A stretch of DNA of 64,000 nt from contig JBDRNU010000015.1 of the NCBI GenBank assembly GCA_043810775.1, positions 1 to 64,000 on the forward strand, given 5' to 3'. Positions within the stretch are counted from its first letter, which is position 1. Each line of letters opens with the position of its first letter. Below the pieces are notes generated by a model. The model saw only the letters and a list, made by a program, of their open reading frames with translations, did not search any database and was not told the origin of the DNA. This DNA comes from an archaeon (lineage in GTDB: Archaea > Nanobdellota > Nanobdellia > Pacearchaeales > GW2011-AR1). This document shows positions 48,211 through 57,958 of the stretch, in pieces. The translations under genes and the position numbers were made by a program.

Positions 48211-48360
48211 CTACTTATCCTTCCCTATTTCATCCAATATTTCTTCAGCTGTCTGTTCTTTAACTACTGTACCTTTCATATCACAGTAAGGACACTTTTT
48301 GGGCGTACTTCCCTGAAAATCAAATCTGTAATTACAGCTTTTACAACTATATTTTGTCAT
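48211..48360 (-). CDS. 49-aa zinc-ribbon microprotein (not in ORF track)
   Basis: MTKYSCKSCNYRFDFQGSTPKKCPYCDMKGTVVKEQTAEEILDEIGKDK; CxxC...CPxC; TTTAAA box ~25 nt upstream; 12 nt before the aglB start. Confidence 0.75.
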   Translation of the reverse strand: MTKYSCKSCNYRFDFQGSTPKKCPYCDMKGTVVKEQTAEEILDEIGKDK

Positions 48361-48412
48361 GATTTTATCAGTTTTATTTAATATTTAAATTTATGGTTAA
48401 TAGAATAAAATA

Positions 48413-49879
48413 TCAGTTTATTTTAATTGGTTTTAATTTATTATATAACTTAACAGCATCTTCTAACTCTGCCTTTGATTCTGAATATATAGTGAGTATT
48501 TTTTCCCCTTTCTTTGTTTTGTTTCCAATATGCTTGTAAAGATAAATTCCTGCCATTTTATCAAGAGGGCATCCAGCAGTTATTGCAATATGATTTATTT
48601 TCTTATTACTCATTTCACTAATTTTCCCCCCCTTTTCACTTAAAATATCTTTCTTAAACTTTCCAGGTTTTAAGTTTATAATCCTTCCTTTCTGGGCCTT
48701 AATAATTTGCTGGAATTTCTTCCAAGCCATTCCTGAATCGAGTAAGTTATATGCTCTCTCAAAACCTTTTCCTTTTTTCACTTTTCCTGTAAGTTCAAGC
48801 AAAGTTCCTGATAAAAGCAAAGCTCTTTTTTCTAGCATAAAACAGGAATCTTCTCTTTTTAAGACCTTAATCACATCATTCATTTCAAGTACAGGTCCAA
48901 TCCCATTTCCCATAGGTTGCTCAGCTTTAGTTAATATACAACATATTTTTATTTTGAACTTCTTACCTAGTTTCAAGAACTTATTTTGTAAAGATAATGC
49001 TTCTTTTTTATCAACTTTAGCATCTTTTCCATAAGGAATATGAATGACTATATATTTTGCATTTACTGCCAGTTTTTTAGCCATAATACTAGCTATAAGT
49101 TGAGGTTCGGGATCTAACATTAGTAATTTTTCAACTTGTATAATTTTATCATCTGCAGGAGCTAAACCCAAGCTACCTCCCCAGATGATACAGGCGTCTG
49201 TCTTGTTAATTATTTTTTTTATTTCACTAATTGAAAACTCTACCTTGCACAGTGTTTCAAGAGCGTCCGCTGTTCCAGCAGCGGTTGTAATTGCTCTGCT
49301 TGAAGTTTTAGGCATAACTAAACCATCTGCAGCACATATAGCTACAACTATAGGGGTTGTTCTTCCAGCAACTCCTCCTATGCTATGTTTATCTGCTATA
49401 ATTCTTTTATCAATCTTTAACAATCTACCACTAGATACCATTGCTTCGATTAAGTGTTTTATTTCTTCTAAATTCATACCACATTTATATATTGAAGAAA
49501 CAAAATAAGCTATTTCCGCTTCAGTTAAAGCATTGCTTACTATATCTTTTATTACTACTTTAAGTTCATTCTTTTTTAACACACCACATCTAAGTTTTTT
49601 ATTTATATATTGGATACTTTCAGGTATGTTACTCAATGAAATCCTCACAAAATCTCCTTTTTTAAGCTTTAGTCTACTAATCACTTCTGTAGACACTGCA
49701 ATTTCACTCTCTTTTATCAAGTCTTCAGAAAAATCAACAATAGAAATAATTTTATGTGAATTTTTTCTTATTAGAATTCTATCGCTAAGGTGTAGGCTCA
49801 TTCTTTTAGCTAATTTATTATGCAATATTACTACAGGCCTACCAGCACTCCATTTTAGAAGTTTAATTTTTAGTTTCAC
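48413..49879 (-). CDS. deoA: AMP phosphorylase (thymidine phosphorylase family with archaeal N-terminal extension)
   Basis: DKHSIGGVAG, PKTSSRAITTAAGTAD, WGGSLGLAPADD, QPMGNGIGP..E; GTG start. Confidence 0.88.
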   Translation of the reverse strand: MKLKIKLLKWSAGRPVVILHNKLAKRMSLHLSDRILIRKNSHKIISIVDFSEDLIKESEIAVSTEVISRLKLKKGDFVRISLSNIPESIQYINKKLRCGVLKKNELKVVIKDIVSNALTEAEIAYFVSSIYKCGMNLEEIKHLIEAMVSSGRLLKIDKRIIADKHSIGGVAGRTTPIVVAICAADGLVMPKTSSRAITTAAGTADALETLCKVEFSISEIKKIINKTDACIIWGGSLGLAPADDKIIQVEKLLMLDPEPQLIASIMAKKLAVNAKYIVIHIPYGKDAKVDKKEALSLQNKFLKLGKKFKIKICCILTKAEQPMGNGIGPVLEMNDVIKVLKREDSCFMLEKRALLLSGTLLELTGKVKKGKGFERAYNLLDSGMAWKKFQQIIKAQKGRIINLKPGKFKKDILSEKGGKISEMSNKKINHIAITAGCPLDKMAGIYLYKHIGNKTKKGEKILTIYSESKAELEDAVKLYNKLKPIKIN

Positions 49880-49903
49880 TTTATTTTATAAAGATTATTT
49901 ATC

Positions 49904-50926
49904 TTAAAAAAATCTTCCAAATTTTTTATCTCTATAAGCATCTAATATAATAATTAAATAAGAAATTATTAGAGGACCTATTATTAATCCTAAAATACCA
50001 AATACTATTAATCCTCCAATCATCCCAACTAAGATTAGTGCTGAAGATAAATGGACTTTTTTAGCTACTATATATGGTCTGATAAAATTATCAATTGTTG
50101 AGACAAATAGAGCCCCATACAAAATAAGAATTATTCCAGCAACTGTCCTGCCAATAACAAGTAAATATATTGAGACAGGTAGCCACACTAACCAAGAACC
50201 TAAGACAGGAAATATTCCTGCAAAAATAGCTATTATTGTAAGAATAAGAGCATTAGGAACACCTAATATAAATAGGGCAATTCCTGTTAGTAACCCTTGA
50301 ATTACTCCAGCCACAATAAATCCATATATAACTGAATTAGTTATATCTTTGAATTTTTTTGAAATTTCAGTTTCAACCGATTTATTAAATGGAGACATAC
50401 TTTTAATATATTCTTTGAAATTAGTTGCATCTCTCATAGTAAAGAAATAAACAAATAAAACAACAAACATCTGGAGTAATAAGTTAGGTAGATTAAGTAG
50501 CATTTCTGAAAACTTAGATATAAATACATTTGCAAGTTTAGAGACAAAATTATTAAATTGAATCACCATCTCTCTTGTAAAAGCATCATCTCCTGAGTTT
50601 GGAAGAATAGTGTTAATAATAGAATAAAGATCTAACCCTTGGCTAAATTTATATATTTCAAAAATTTCTCTTGCAACTACGGGAAATAAAAACCAAAGCG
50701 GTAAAAATATAATTATTACTGTAAAAATAACTACAATAAACGAAGATATATTCTTTTCTTTTATATATTTAAATATAAAATTATATACTGGATAAAAAAT
50801 ATATGCTAACAATAGTCCCCATATGATAGCCGTAACTATTGGCCAAACTATAATTAAAGCTAAAACTCCTAAAAAAATAGATATACCCACAACGGCTATT
50901 TTTTTAAAATCCTGTTCACTAATCAT
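49904..50926 (-). CDS. AI-2E family transporter (PerM/YdiK-like)
   Basis: AYIFYPVY, IQGLL, IDNFIRP, GMIGG...FGILGLIIGP. Confidence 0.88.
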   Translation of the reverse strand: MISEQDFKKIAVVGISIFLGVLALIIVWPIVTAIIWGLLLAYIFYPVYNFIFKYIKEKNISSFIVVIFTVIIIFLPLWFLFPVVAREIFEIYKFSQGLDLYSIINTILPNSGDDAFTREMVIQFNNFVSKLANVFISKFSEMLLNLPNLLLQMFVVLFVYFFTMRDATNFKEYIKSMSPFNKSVETEISKKFKDITNSVIYGFIVAGVIQGLLTGIALFILGVPNALILTIIAIFAGIFPVLGSWLVWLPVSIYLLVIGRTVAGIILILYGALFVSTIDNFIRPYIVAKKVHLSSALILVGMIGGLIVFGILGLIIGPLIISYLIIILDAYRDKKFGRFF

Positions 50927-50985
50927 AAATTAAATAGACTGGTAAGATTTATAAAGCTTCTTGTAGACTTTATTAAAAAGGTAAA

Positions 50986-51633
50986 ATGGTAGAATGTTTT
51001 ATCAAAAAAATTTTTGAAAATAAGATTGATGAAAGAGTTCATTCTCAATTTATTAGATTTTCAAAAGGAACTTTTGAGGCAAGGGCTGTAATTAATTTAC
51101 ATATTACTTCAAAGATTAAAGTGAAAAGTACTTTTGAGTACGCAAATGACTTCGTTAAGCTCGCTGGAGAGTTAGGGGGAGGAAGGGTTATAGGAATTAT
51201 TATAAAAAAGGAAGGAAACAAAATAGTTAAAGAAAATATTGATAAACCTATTTCTGGAAATGAGCTTGTAGACTTAGTAAGTAATTCTTATTATATTTTA
51301 GCTGACATAGAAGGGCAAGGCTTCAGTGTTAAAATGAAAAAGAAACTGCCACGTCCTTCTGGAAAAGGAGAGGCTAAAGTAGATGATAAATATTGCCAGT
51401 TGGAAGCTGATTTAAAATATAAAGATCCAATAAAAAAAGCATTTTTTTGGGATTTAGCAGAATGTAAGAAAGCTAGGATTCTCCATAAGTACGAAATCAC
51501 AGATATAATTAAACCAAAAGGTGAAACTGATTTTGAGAAAATAAGAACTTTAAGCAAAAGAAAAGGAAGGATTATAAGAAAAATTGAATTTGATGGAAAA
51601 ATTGTTCAAAAGACCAAAGATATAGAATTATAA
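50986..51633 (+). CDS. hypothetical basic protein
   Basis: clean 215-aa ORF with a TATA box upstream; no family recognised. Confidence 0.7.
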   Translation: MVECFIKKIFENKIDERVHSQFIRFSKGTFEARAVINLHITSKIKVKSTFEYANDFVKLAGELGGGRVIGIIIKKEGNKIVKENIDKPISGNELVDLVSNSYYILADIEGQGFSVKMKKKLPRPSGKGEAKVDDKYCQLEADLKYKDPIKKAFFWDLAECKKARILHKYEITDIIKPKGETDFEKIRTLSKRKGRIIRKIEFDGKIVQKTKDIEL

Positions 51634-51884
51634 ATTTTTAAAGGCAAATTATCCAATATATTTTTATGACTAATGGGAAAAATATTTAAAATATAAAATA
51701 GATAATGAAAAATATGAATCCAACGCAGCTTGGAAATTTGTCAAATCTTTAAGACAACTCAAATCCACAATCTAACTCTTGAAATATTCTTTCACTTTTT
51801 AAGAAAAAGATTAAGTAGCAAATTATAATACTTTAAAATACTCCTTTAAAAGCTTAGAAAATTATAAATCCCTTTATAATAAGC

Positions 51885-51973
51885 TTTATAAAGCCTAAAT
51901 CCTGATTAATTTTGGGACTCTAAATGTATTAAATTAGCTAGGGGTTGCTAGCGAATAATATGAAATTTAAAAT
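51885..51973 (+). promoter_or_regulatory. promoter and 5' leader of the ribosomal protein operon
   Basis: TTTATAAA at 51885-51892; GCTAG-N6-CTAGC hairpin at 51937-51952. Confidence 0.4.
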
Positions 51974-52918
51974 ATGCCAAAGAAAAGTCGTCCAAGATTT
52001 GGTAGTCTTCAATATTGGCCCAGAAAAAGGGCAAGAAAAGCTTTACCTAGTGTAAACTGGAAAGTAATTAATGGTTCTGAAATTCTCGGTTTTATTGTAT
52101 ATAAAGTGGGTATGAAATCTGCTATAGTCAAAGATAATACTCCTAATTCTATGACAAAGGGTAAGAGAATAGAGCTTCCAGTAACAATTCTTGAAGCTCC
52201 ATTCATGAAAATATTTTCAGTAAGATTATATAAAAACAATAAAGTATTAAAAGAAATTATTCTCAATTCAGATACAGAGCTAAAAAAGATATTAAAGCTT
52301 CCTAAAAATCTTGGAAAAATTGAAGATTTAGAAAAAGATAGTTTTGATAACATTAAAGTAATAGCCTATTCTCAAGTCAAATCAACTAACATAAAGAAAA
52401 CCCCAGATTTAGTGGAAATAGGTATTGGGGGAAGTAAAGAAGAGAAAATAAATTTTATAAAAGAAAATGCGAAAAAGGAAATTTCTATATTAGAAGTCTT
52501 CAAAAATTCTGAGCTTGTAGATGTTAGAGGATTAACAAAAGGAAGAGGTCTTAGTGGTCCTGTAAAAAGATTTGGAATAGGCCTCAAATCTCATAAATCT
52601 GAAAAAGGTAGGAGAAGACCAGGAAGCTTAGGTCCTTGGCATCCTGCGAGAGTTACATTCAGAGTACCTATGTCAGGGCAGTTAGGCATGTTCACAAGAA
52701 TAAATTATAATAATAAAATAATTTCATTAGCTAAAATAACTGAAAAAAACATAAATCCTTCTTCTGGGTTTAAACATTTTGGCAATATAAAAACAGAATA
52801 TCTTATTCTCTCAGGATCTGTACAAGGACCCTCAAAGCGCCAATTACTTCTCACCAAGTCACTTAGGAAAACTAAAAAACAAGATAAAAAAAATTATGAG
52901 TTAATAGATTTAAATTAG
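51974..52918 (+). CDS. rpl3: 50S ribosomal protein L3
   Basis: RPRFGSLQYWPRKRA, YKVGM, GSLGPWHPARV. Confidence 0.97.
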   Translation: MPKKSRPRFGSLQYWPRKRARKALPSVNWKVINGSEILGFIVYKVGMKSAIVKDNTPNSMTKGKRIELPVTILEAPFMKIFSVRLYKNNKVLKEIILNSDTELKKILKLPKNLGKIEDLEKDSFDNIKVIAYSQVKSTNIKKTPDLVEIGIGGSKEEKINFIKENAKKEISILEVFKNSELVDVRGLTKGRGLSGPVKRFGIGLKSHKSEKGRRRPGSLGPWHPARVTFRVPMSGQLGMFTRINYNNKIISLAKITEKNINPSSGFKHFGNIKTEYLILSGSVQGPSKRQLLLTKSLRKTKKQDKKNYELIDLN

Positions 52919-52922
52919 TAAA

Positions 52923-53711
52923 ATGAAAGCAAAAATAATATCTGTCGAAGGATTGAGTAAGAAAGAAATATTTCTTCCTAAATGGTTTTCCAATAAAATA
53001 AGGGAGGATATTTGCCAAAAATATTTTGAAACATCAAAAAGAATACAACCTTATGGTCCCAATATACTTGCGGGAATGAAATATTCAGCAAGTGGTAAAT
53101 TGAGACATGGTAGAAGACTCTGGAAGACAACTTATGGTCATGGAATTTCACGTGTACCTAGAAAGATTTTATGGAGAAGAGGAGATCACTTCCATTGGGT
53201 AGGCGCAACTATTTCAGGTACAAGGGGAGGTAGAAAAGCTCATCCTCCTAAACCAGAGCATTTCACAACTCACAAAAAGATCAATAAAAAAGAAGTACAA
53301 ATAGCAATTCAATCAGCAATATCCTCAACAATATATCCTGAATATATTATAAAAAGATATTCTTCAATAGATGAGATTAAAATTAAATTACCAATAGTAT
53401 TTGAGAGTAATGTTCTTAATCTTAAAACAAAAGAATTTTATAACCTACTTAAAAATATACTTCAAGATTTATATAGTATATCAATAAAAAAGAAGAAGGT
53501 GAGGGCCGGTAAAGGAAAGAGGAGAGGAAGGAAATATAAGAGTAATGCAGGGTTACTGATGATTATAGGCTCAGAAGAAAATAAAAAATTAATTGGAATT
53601 GATATAAAGAGGATTTCAGAGCTTGAAGTATCTGATTTTTGGCCTCTTGGAAGAATGGCTATATATACAGAAAAAGCCATAGAAGAATTAAATAAGGTGG
53701 TGGAAAAATGA
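52923..53711 (+). CDS. rpl4: 50S ribosomal protein L4
   Basis: GISRVPR, TRGGRKAHPP, RAGKGKRRGR. Confidence 0.96.
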   Translation: MKAKIISVEGLSKKEIFLPKWFSNKIREDICQKYFETSKRIQPYGPNILAGMKYSASGKLRHGRRLWKTTYGHGISRVPRKILWRRGDHFHWVGATISGTRGGRKAHPPKPEHFTTHKKINKKEVQIAIQSAISSTIYPEYIIKRYSSIDEIKIKLPIVFESNVLNLKTKEFYNLLKNILQDLYSISIKKKKVRAGKGKRRGRKYKSNAGLLMIIGSEENKKLIGIDIKRISELEVSDFWPLGRMAIYTEKAIEELNKVVEK

Positions 53712-53950
53712 TCTTAAAACCAATTACTACTGAAAAAGCTGTGAAATTGATTGAACTTGAAAATACTTTAGTTTTCTCCGTAGAGCGAAAATTTAGAAAA
53801 AAAGATATAAGGAAAGAGATAGAAGACACATTTAATGTAAAAGTAGATAAAATTAACTTATTATTAAAAGAGAATAAGAAAAAAGTTTATGTTAAACTAA
53901 ACAAAAAAAATCCTGCAATTGATATTGCAACTAAATTAGGGATGATATAA
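53708..53950 (+). CDS. rpl23: 50S ribosomal protein L23
   Basis: PITTEKA, NTLVF, KKVYVKL, AIDIATKLG. Confidence 0.96.
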   Translation: MILKPITTEKAVKLIELENTLVFSVERKFRKKDIRKEIEDTFNVKVDKINLLLKENKKKVYVKLNKKNPAIDIATKLGMI

Positions 53951-53952
53951 AT

Positions 53953-54666
53953 ATGGGGAAGAGAATTATACAAAGAGCACGGGGAAAAGGAAGCCTAACT
54001 TATAGAGTTAGGGCTAAAGCCTTTAAACATAAGATAGGTTACCCAAATATTCAGGGTAAGGGGATAGTTTTAAAATTATTTAATTCTGCAGGTCACTCAG
54101 CTCCACTATCTAAAATAAAAATTGGAAGTAATATTTTTTATAATCCTGCAACAAAAGGGTTATTTGAAGGGCAAGAAATAGAAATTGGTGGTAGTATAAA
54201 AGAAGGAAATATTGTATATTTAAAAGATGTTCCAACAGGCACAAAATTACATAATATAGAGATACATCCTGGAGATGGAGGCAAGATAATGAGAGTCTCT
54301 GGATCTTATGGAATCTTAACCAAAAAACTACTAGGTAAGGTGGCTATATCATTATCTAATAGGAAAGAATTATTATTTTTAGAAAAATGTAGGGCCACAG
54401 TAGGAGAAACAGCAGGAGCTGGAAGGTTAGATAAACCTATATTTAAAGCTGGGAAAAAATATCATATGATGAAAGCTAAAAGTAAACTATGGCCAAGAAC
54501 CTCTGCAGTTGCAATGAATGTTATAGATCATCCATTTGGGTCTGGTAGGGGTAAGAGAATTACTCACGGAACAAAAGGCAAAATACCTAAAAGAAACGCT
54601 CCACCTGGAGCTAATGTGGGTACCATCAGACCTAGAAGAACAGGAAGGAGGAAAGGTAGGAAATAG
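53953..54666 (+). CDS. rpl2: 50S ribosomal protein L2
   Basis: [30 protein letters not shown]. Confidence 0.97.
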   Translation: MGKRIIQRARGKGSLTYRVRAKAFKHKIGYPNIQGKGIVLKLFNSAGHSAPLSKIKIGSNIFYNPATKGLFEGQEIEIGGSIKEGNIVYLKDVPTGTKLHNIEIHPGDGGKIMRVSGSYGILTKKLLGKVAISLSNRKELLFLEKCRATVGETAGAGRLDKPIFKAGKKYHMMKAKSKLWPRTSAVAMNVIDHPFGSGRGKRITHGTKGKIPKRNAPPGANVGTIRPRRTGRRKGRK

Positions 54667-54671
54667 CAAAA

Positions 54672-55061
54672 ATGGTAGTTGGAGAATTTACTTATAGGGG
54701 GAAAACCTTAGAAGAATTGAAGCAATTAGATACTCGTGAGTTTGCAAAATATGTTGGAACTACTCAAAGAAGATATATTTTAAGAAATTTTGATACAATT
54801 GAGAAATTTATCTCAAAAAATAAAAAGAAAGCTGAAAAGGGAAAACCTATAAAAACTCATAGTAGGGATATTGTAATAGTTCCAAAAATGATCGGTTTAA
54901 CTATATTTGTGCATAATGGTAAAGAGTTCGTAAAAGTTATTATTAAAGAAGAAATGTTAGGTCATAAATTCGGAGAATTTGTTCCAACCAGGGGGAAAGT
55001 CCAACATGGATCACCAGGTATTGGGGCGACAAGGAGTTCAGCATCTTTGTCTGTAAAGTAA
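54672..55061 (+). CDS. rps19: 30S ribosomal protein S19
   Basis: [36 protein letters not shown]. Confidence 0.97.
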   Translation: MVVGEFTYRGKTLEELKQLDTREFAKYVGTTQRRYILRNFDTIEKFISKNKKKAEKGKPIKTHSRDIVIVPKMIGLTIFVHNGKEFVKVIIKEEMLGHKFGEFVPTRGKVQHGSPGIGATRSSASLSVK

Positions 55062-55062
55062 A

Positions 55063-55608
55063 ATGGCAGAAGAAAATAAAAATCAAGTAATTGAAAAAGG
55101 AGAATTAAAAGTAGTTGAGTCTTCAAATGTTAAAGAGTCAGTTGAAGAACCTGATAAAAAAGAAGTAAAAAAAGAGAAAAAAACTGACAAGAAAGATGCA
55201 ATTCAAAAAAAAGAAGAAGCAATAGTAAGGGGGAAGGATTTAAAAATATCTACAAAGCACTCTATAGCTATATGCAATTTCATAAAAAACCATTCTCCTG
55301 AAAAATCATCAGAAAATCTTAAAAAAGTAATTAATAAAAAAATAGCAATCCCGATGAAGGGTGAAATTCCTCATAGAAAAGGTATTGAAAGAGGAAGATA
55401 TCCTATTAACGCGTGTAAGCAGTTTACTAAACTTTTAAAACAACTTTCTGCTAATTCAAATATTAATGGACTTGAAAATCCTATTATTAAGGTCGCAAAG
55501 GCTGATCGTGCGAGCAGACCTTATAAAAGATTTGGATCCATGAGATTTAAAAGAACAAATGTTTTGTTAATTGCAAGAGAAAATAAAGTAAATAAATCAA
55601 AAAAATAA
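55063..55608 (+). CDS. rpl22: 50S ribosomal protein L22 (with charged N-terminal extension)
   Basis: ISTKHSIAIC, GRYP; operon position. Confidence 0.92.
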   Translation: MAEENKNQVIEKGELKVVESSNVKESVEEPDKKEVKKEKKTDKKDAIQKKEEAIVRGKDLKISTKHSIAICNFIKNHSPEKSSENLKKVINKKIAIPMKGEIPHRKGIERGRYPINACKQFTKLLKQLSANSNINGLENPIIKVAKADRASRPYKRFGSMRFKRTNVLLIARENKVNKSKK

Positions 55609-55609
55609 A

Positions 55610-56323
55610 ATGGAAGAAAAGAAATTTGTCCAATTTAAGAAAGATGAATTTAATGTAAAAGAATTTATCAAAAAATTTCTTGGAAAAGGGAAAATAAGTT
55701 CAGTCAAAATAGAATATACTCCTGTAGGAGAAAAAATTATAATTTCAACAAACAAGCCCGGATTTATCATAGGGAGAAAAGGAGAAAGAATAGCTGAATT
55801 AACATCTATAATCAAAAATAACTTTAAATTGGAAAATCCCCATATTGAAATTCAAGAAATTACTAAACCTGAGTTTGATGCTCAGTCAATTGCAGATGAA
55901 ATAGCGCTTTCATTAGAAAAGTTAGGCAACTTAAGATTTAAGATAATTGCTTATAAAGCGCTTGAAAGAATTATGAGAGCAGGAGCATTAGGTTCAGAAA
56001 TAAAAATGTCTGGCAAATTACCTAGTGAAAGAGCAAAATCCTGGAGATTTGCTGCAGGTTACTTAAAGAAGACTGGAGAACCAGCAAAAATTGTAGACAG
56101 AGCACAAGCAACTTCCTTAACTCTATCAGGAATAACTGGGATAAAAGTAAGTATTTTACCACCTGGCAGAAAAATTCATGATCAGATTGAAATAAATGAT
56201 GAGATTAAAAACCAAATTAAAGCGAACAATTTAAAAATGCAAGAAGAAGTAAAGCCTGATGTTAAAAAAATTAAGACAAGAAAAAAGAATAAATCAAAGG
56301 AAAATGGCACTGTTAAAAAATAA
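55610..56323 (+). CDS. rps3: 30S ribosomal protein S3
   Basis: KPGFIIGRKG KH domain, SGKL..ERA, GYLKKTG. Confidence 0.97.
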   Translation: MEEKKFVQFKKDEFNVKEFIKKFLGKGKISSVKIEYTPVGEKIIISTNKPGFIIGRKGERIAELTSIIKNNFKLENPHIEIQEITKPEFDAQSIADEIALSLEKLGNLRFKIIAYKALERIMRAGALGSEIKMSGKLPSERAKSWRFAAGYLKKTGEPAKIVDRAQATSLTLSGITGIKVSILPPGRKIHDQIEINDEIKNQIKANNLKMQEEVKPDVKKIKTRKKNKSKENGTVKK

Positions 56324-56477
56324 AGAAATTGAAAAAATGAATGAAAAGGAAAGGAAGGAAAGATTAAAAGATTTAAGAATCGAACTTATAAAAAAAAATG
56401 CAGCTGCCAATAAATCAAGTAAAATAAAGGCAAAGGAAATAAAAAAAGCAATTGCCAGGATACTCACCAAAACTTAA
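56304..56477 (+). CDS. rpl29: 50S ribosomal protein L29
   Basis: EIEKM...LKDLRIEL...EIKKAIARILT; start ATG 56304. Confidence 0.9.
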   Translation: MALLKNKEIEKMNEKERKERLKDLRIELIKKNAAANKSSKIKAKEIKKAIARILTKT

Positions 56478-56479
56478 AA

Positions 56480-56779
56480 ATGGATATATGTCCAAAATGT
56501 GGCCTACCAAAACAGGCTTGTGTTTGCGAAGATATCGCAAAGAGTGAACAGAAGATAACTATAGAACGAGTGAAAAGAAGATTCGGTAAGTTCATGACCC
56601 TTATAAGGGGCATTGGATCTGGAGTTAACATTAAAGAAATTGCAAAAGAACTTAAAGGAGAATTTGCATGTGGTGGAACAGTGAAGGGAGGGGTAATTGA
56701 ACTTCAAGGAGACCATACCAAGAAACTAAAACAAGCATTAGTAAGGTTAGGTTTTTCAGAAGACTCTATATCAGAGTAA
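56480..56779 (+). CDS. sui1: translation initiation factor aIF1 (SUI1)
   Basis: CPKCGLPKQACVC, RRFGK, ACGGTVK, IELQGDH. Confidence 0.95.
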   Translation: MDICPKCGLPKQACVCEDIAKSEQKITIERVKRRFGKFMTLIRGIGSGVNIKEIAKELKGEFACGGTVKGGVIELQGDHTKKLKQALVRLGFSEDSISE

Positions 56780-56785
56780 AGAAAA

Positions 56786-57139
56786 ATGGCAAAAAAACTA
56801 GATAAGAAGAAAAATGTAGATGAAAAAGCTAGCTGTGCAGATTCTCAATGTCCTTTTCATGGGGTTCTCTCAACTCGGGGAAGAACTTTTGAAGGATATG
56901 TAATTGAAAAATTCCCAAGAAGGGTAACTATTGAATTTGAAAGAACATTTTATATAGGGAAATATGAAAGGTATGCTAAGAAGAAAACAAGAATTCATGT
57001 CAGATTGCCATCTTGCATGGAAGATGAGATCCAACTTGGAGATTATATCAAGGTTAAAGAATGCCGTCCTTTGAGTAAGTTAATACATTTCGTAGTTATT
57101 GAAAAAATCCGTTCAGCAAAGGGAGAGACTAAAAAATGA
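56786..57139 (+). CDS. rps17: 30S ribosomal protein S17
   Basis: CPFHG.LSTRG, KYERY, ECRPLSK. Confidence 0.96.
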   Translation: MAKKLDKKKNVDEKASCADSQCPFHGVLSTRGRTFEGYVIEKFPRRVTIEFERTFYIGKYERYAKKKTRIHVRLPSCMEDEIQLGDYIKVKECRPLSKLIHFVVIEKIRSAKGETKK

Positions 57140-57537
57140 AGTCAATAAGTGCAAGAGCAACTCGTGGATTGAATATAGGAAGTTTAGTTATCGCAACTGA
57201 TAATTCAGGAGCTAGGATAGTTAAGATAGTATCAGTAAAGAAGGGTAAATCTAAAAAAGGCCGCCAGCAATTCGCAAAAATAGCTGATTGGGTTAAAGTA
57301 AGCGTGAGAAAAGGCCTTCCAGACATGAAGGGGCAAGTATTTGATGCCGTTATTGTAAGGCAGAGAAAACCTTATAGAAGGAAAACTGGTGAAAGAATAT
57401 GCTTTACAGATAATGCTGTAGCATTATTAAAGGATGAGAAAGGAAACCCAAAAGGGACACAAATTAAAGGTCCAATCGCAAGAGAAATCTCAGAAAGATG
57501 GAAAGAAGTATCTAAAATAGCTTCAATTGTTGTTTAA
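57136..57537 (+). CDS. rpl14: 50S ribosomal protein L14
   Basis: DNSGA, AVIVRQRKPYRR, DNAV, KGPIARE. Confidence 0.96.
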   Translation: MKSISARATRGLNIGSLVIATDNSGARIVKIVSVKKGKSKKGRQQFAKIADWVKVSVRKGLPDMKGQVFDAVIVRQRKPYRRKTGERICFTDNAVALLKDEKGNPKGTQIKGPIAREISERWKEVSKIASIVV

Positions 57538-57538
57538 A

Positions 57539-57958
57539 ATGAAACAAAAATTTAGCACAAGTTGGAAATCAAGTAAGCAAAGAAGAAAACAAAGGAAATA
57601 CCTAGCTAATGCACCATTACATTTAAGAAATAAATTAATTTCAGCAAACCTATCTAAAGAACTAAGAAAGAAGTATTTAAGGAGATCTTTTACATTGAGA
57701 AAGGGAGATACTGTAAAAGTTATGAGGGGTCAGTTTAAAAATAAGTCTGGAAAAGTAAATTATATAGACAAATCCAGATTAAGATTAAATATTGAAGGAA
57801 TACAAAGACAAAAGAAAGATGGAACAAAAGTTAATGTCTGGTTTAATCCTTCTACTTTGCAAATTCAAGAAGTTTTACTAGGAGATAAGAATAGAGAAAA
57901 ATCAATTAAATTAAAAATAGGTACAGGAAATGCATCTAAAAAGACAAAAATCGCCTAG
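57539..57958 (+). CDS. rpl24: 50S ribosomal protein L24
   Basis: RKQRK...APLH, LSKELR, RKGDTVKVMRG. Confidence 0.96.
   Translation: MKQKFSTSWKSSKQRRKQRKYLANAPLHLRNKLISANLSKELRKKYLRRSFTLRKGDTVKVMRGQFKNKSGKVNYIDKSRLRLNIEGIQRQKKDGTKVNVWFNPSTLQIQEVLLGDKNREKSIKLKIGTGNASKKTKIA

Noticed and set aside
48211-48360. Calling the Zn-ribbon ORF rpoP
   Set aside because: It lacks the RpoP C-terminal basic RILxKxR motif and is not in the usual rpl37ae-rpoP context
51700-51830. Short ATG-initiated ORFs in the pre-rpl3 spacer
   Set aside because: Very short, with no recognisable coding signal or motif
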